64,000 nucleotides of DNA from Geosiphon pyriformis uo1 (lineage: Eukaryota; Fungi; Glomeromycota): NCBI GenBank assembly GCA_016748015.1, contig JAAOMT010000786.1, positions 747,814 to 811,813 of the forward strand, written 5' to 3'. A program made the translations under genes and the position numbers. Below are positions 61,161-64,000 of the stretch, one piece after another. The notes beneath the pieces were generated by a model. That model searched no databases. It was given only the letters and a program-made list of their open reading frames with translations, and was not told the DNA's origin. Every line of letters begins with the position of its first letter. The stretch's first letter is position 1.

Positions 61161-63420
61161 TTATTATTGTTATTATTAATATTAACTGTAATTGTATATT
61201 TTTTTATAATAAAAGCCATAATAAATTTTGTTTTTTTATAAAAAAATACTATTATTAATAATAAAATTTAATAAAATAATTTAACAATTATTTAAATTTT
61301 ATATAATTATTTAATAAAACTTAAAAAAAGATATTATATATATAATTAATATTTTTATTAATATTTAAGTTGTATTTATAATAACAAAAAAACTTTTTTT
61401 CTTTAAGTTTTTAGTTTATTTATATAATTATAGATCTTGTTTATATATGTTTTTAAAATCATAAATATTTGTTTTTTATATTTTTTGGTCTTTAATAAAA
61501 GTTTTTTTTTAATTTTTAAATATACTTATATTATTATTTTTTGAATGTTTTTAAAATTAATTTTTTTTTTGGAGTTTTTTTATTTGGTTTACATTAAAAA
61601 TAAGATAATATTATTATTAAATATTTATATAAATTATAAAATAATTTTTTTGTAAATTTTATTTACAAAATTGCAAATTTATTAATATATTTATAATCAT
61701 ATATATTATATTAAATTATATTTTTTTACAAAAATCTAAACTATAAAAAATTAAACAATTAAGTACAAAACAAATATAAACAAATTTTTAATTATTATTA
61801 TCACCAATTTTGCTATAATTATTAAAACAGCAAATTGTAAATTAATTATAATATCTTATTTTTAATATTTTGTTTTTAATATTTTATTTTTATTATTAAC
61901 TTATTAAATTTGAAAGATATAAATATTTGAATTTAAAAAGCAAATTTTTACTTAGTTTTTATTATTATTAGAAGATAACTTTTTTTTTATAAATTTATAT
62001 GAATATTTATTGTTAAAATAATTAGTTATATATTAATTTATTATTATAATATATTTGTTTTTTTAAACTAATTATTAATTTTTTTTAATGTTTAAATAAA
62101 ATAAAAAATATATATTAATATTTTTTTATAATAAATAAATTTTTTATTTTTAAAATAATGGTTTAAAATTTTTGTTTTTGTTTTTAAAACTGTAGTAATT
62201 ATAATAATTGTTAAAAGTCAAACTTATAGTTATTTTGTTGTTCTTTTTATTTTTACTTGCAATTTTTTTTGCTTAAAATCTTAATATTAAAGATTAAATA
62301 TTTGTTTTTAGGATTTTTGTAATTATTGGCCAAATTTATAGTTATTTTATTATTTACTTTACTATTTTTTAATTTTTTGTTTTTATTTTTTTTGTTTTTA
62401 TATCTAAAACCAAATTAATTATTAAAAAATTGTTTTTGTAAATAAAATATATATTTATAAAACAGCAAATTATTTTTATAGCTTTATTTTTAATTTATAA
62501 TTATCTATTATAATTGTTTTTATAAATAAAATTAAAAATAATATTAAGCAAATTATTTAAGTTTTTATGTCTTAATATTTAATAATAATAAACTTTTAAG
62601 CTTGAATAATCTTTTTTATAGTTTTATTAAAAATATTAACAAGTATTTTTTTTATATTAAATTATATTATTGTAATATAATTTTTTAATAAATTTTAAAA
62701 ATACTTATAATTTTTGTTTTTTTTGTTTAAAATATAATTTTTTATTATTATATGATATACAATTTTATAATAATAAACATAGTATAAAATTAATATTTTT
62801 AATATATATAACATATTTAAAATCTTTATTTTTTTTTAATATATTATTTTATTGTTATTTTATATTTAAATATACATAAATTTTTAAATTTTTTGTTATT
62901 ATTTCTACTTTTTGCTTTTTTTAAATATAAAAAAAAAGATTTATTTTAGTTTTGTGTTTTTATTGTTTTTTATTGCTTATTTTTTCTTTTTTATTATTAA
63001 CAATTAAAATTTGTAATAATATTTTCAATTAATTATTGATATAAAATTAGATATAAAATTATTTTATATATATATTATAATAATTTTTGTATTATTAAAA
63101 TAGCAATAATAAAGTTAGTATTAGTAAATAATTATAACTTAAATATCAAAATAATAAATATAAGTTTTTATTTTTAAGCAATAAAAAATAAAAAAACACA
63201 TTTTTTAAATTAAGTTACAATATAAATATATTAATAAAGTTTTATTTGTAATATTAGTAAAAACAAAAATTTTTAATATTGTTATTGTTAAAAAAATAAT
63301 AAATTATATAATAATAAATTATAAAATATATAAAAATTTAATAATAATAATTAGATTGTATATTTATACAATTATATAATAATATTAATAATTAATTAAA
63401 AAAAACTTTTTTTTTGTTGA
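61160..63420. repeat. Extremely AT-rich decayed repeat DNA (similar blocks at 31200-32600, 37420-37900, 39600-40100)
   Basis: Almost no G/C, no ORFs, flanked by TE remnants. Confidence 0.6.
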
Positions 63421-63479
63421 TCTTCTGATTACAATGAAAGCATAAAGTGATTAAAGAGATAATTTTTTCTATTCTCTTT

Positions 63480-64000
63480 CCTTTTAAGTTTTTGCAGTTA
63501 TTTTTTTTAATATACTTGTATTTGTTGTCATAAAACTGGTGGGCTCTTTTGCTAATGGGTCTGATTCTGATACAGTTGGGTTGAGGACCTGGTCTGGCAT
63601 TAAAAGCAAGAAGTGTGCTGAAGGTGTATATTTTTGCAGTACATCATACAAGAAGCCAAAGAAACCTGAAGCTGCTAAAAAGATGGTGAATTTGTCAGCT
63701 GGTTCTTTTTTTCTTGGTGATTTGGGTTTTGATAAGGTTGGTTGTAAGAAGTTTTAGAACAGTAAAGTAGAAAATGATGACACCAGTATTAGTAAAATTT
63801 TGAACATTGAAAATATAAAGAACACAATTACTAAAAAGACTAGTTACCTAAACTCAAATACATCTAAAACTAATAAGATAATAGACAATATTATGCTAAA
63901 AAAGACATGAATTAAGATATTTATTGTTAGTTATCTGTCAAAGACTCTTTTATTTGATAATATAAGTGATAATGATGAAATTCTGGTGTTCTTGTCTTCT
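63480..64000 (+). mobile_element. Probable 5' end / ORF1 start of a LINE, running off the window
   Basis: Pyrimidine-rich leader, then a Ser/Gly/Lys-rich frame MGSFANGSDSDTVGLRTWSG... with stops and CpG depletion like the neighbouring TEs. Confidence 0.5.

Overview
Eukaryotic genomic window with spliceosomal introns. It is almost certainly fungal (homoaconitase LYS4 of the alpha-aminoadipate pathway) and probably early-diverging, Mucoromycota/Glomeromycotina-like (it keeps a Ral GTPase); the lineage is inference. 1-26.7 kb is a nest of retroelements. A minus-strand LINE was split by two Ty3/Gypsy LTR elements, A (<1-19229) and C (19524-25935). A contains a younger element B (7156-16643) and C contains a solo LTR D (20800-21607). 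The three junctions that can be checked (B, C, D) have 4-bp TSDs. A and B share an unusual layout: gag-PR-Cys-rich-dUTPase-RT-RNaseH, then integrase as a separate ORF, then a conserved non-env extra ORF ending at the PPT. Host genes: an ankyrin-DysF-FYVE-RING-H2 (Pib1-like) E3 ligase, a chromo-SET H3K9 methyltransferase (Clr4/Suv39), Ral, LYS4 and Sin3. A decayed IS607-type element (serine recombinase plus TnpB/Fanzor2 with RuvC motifs) lies between Ral and LYS4. Three copies of an ORF1-only, tailed retroposon share their 3' end with a LINE. Old repeats show strong C>T/G>A decay down to near-pure AT DNA. Six N gaps limit certainty, especially inside B.
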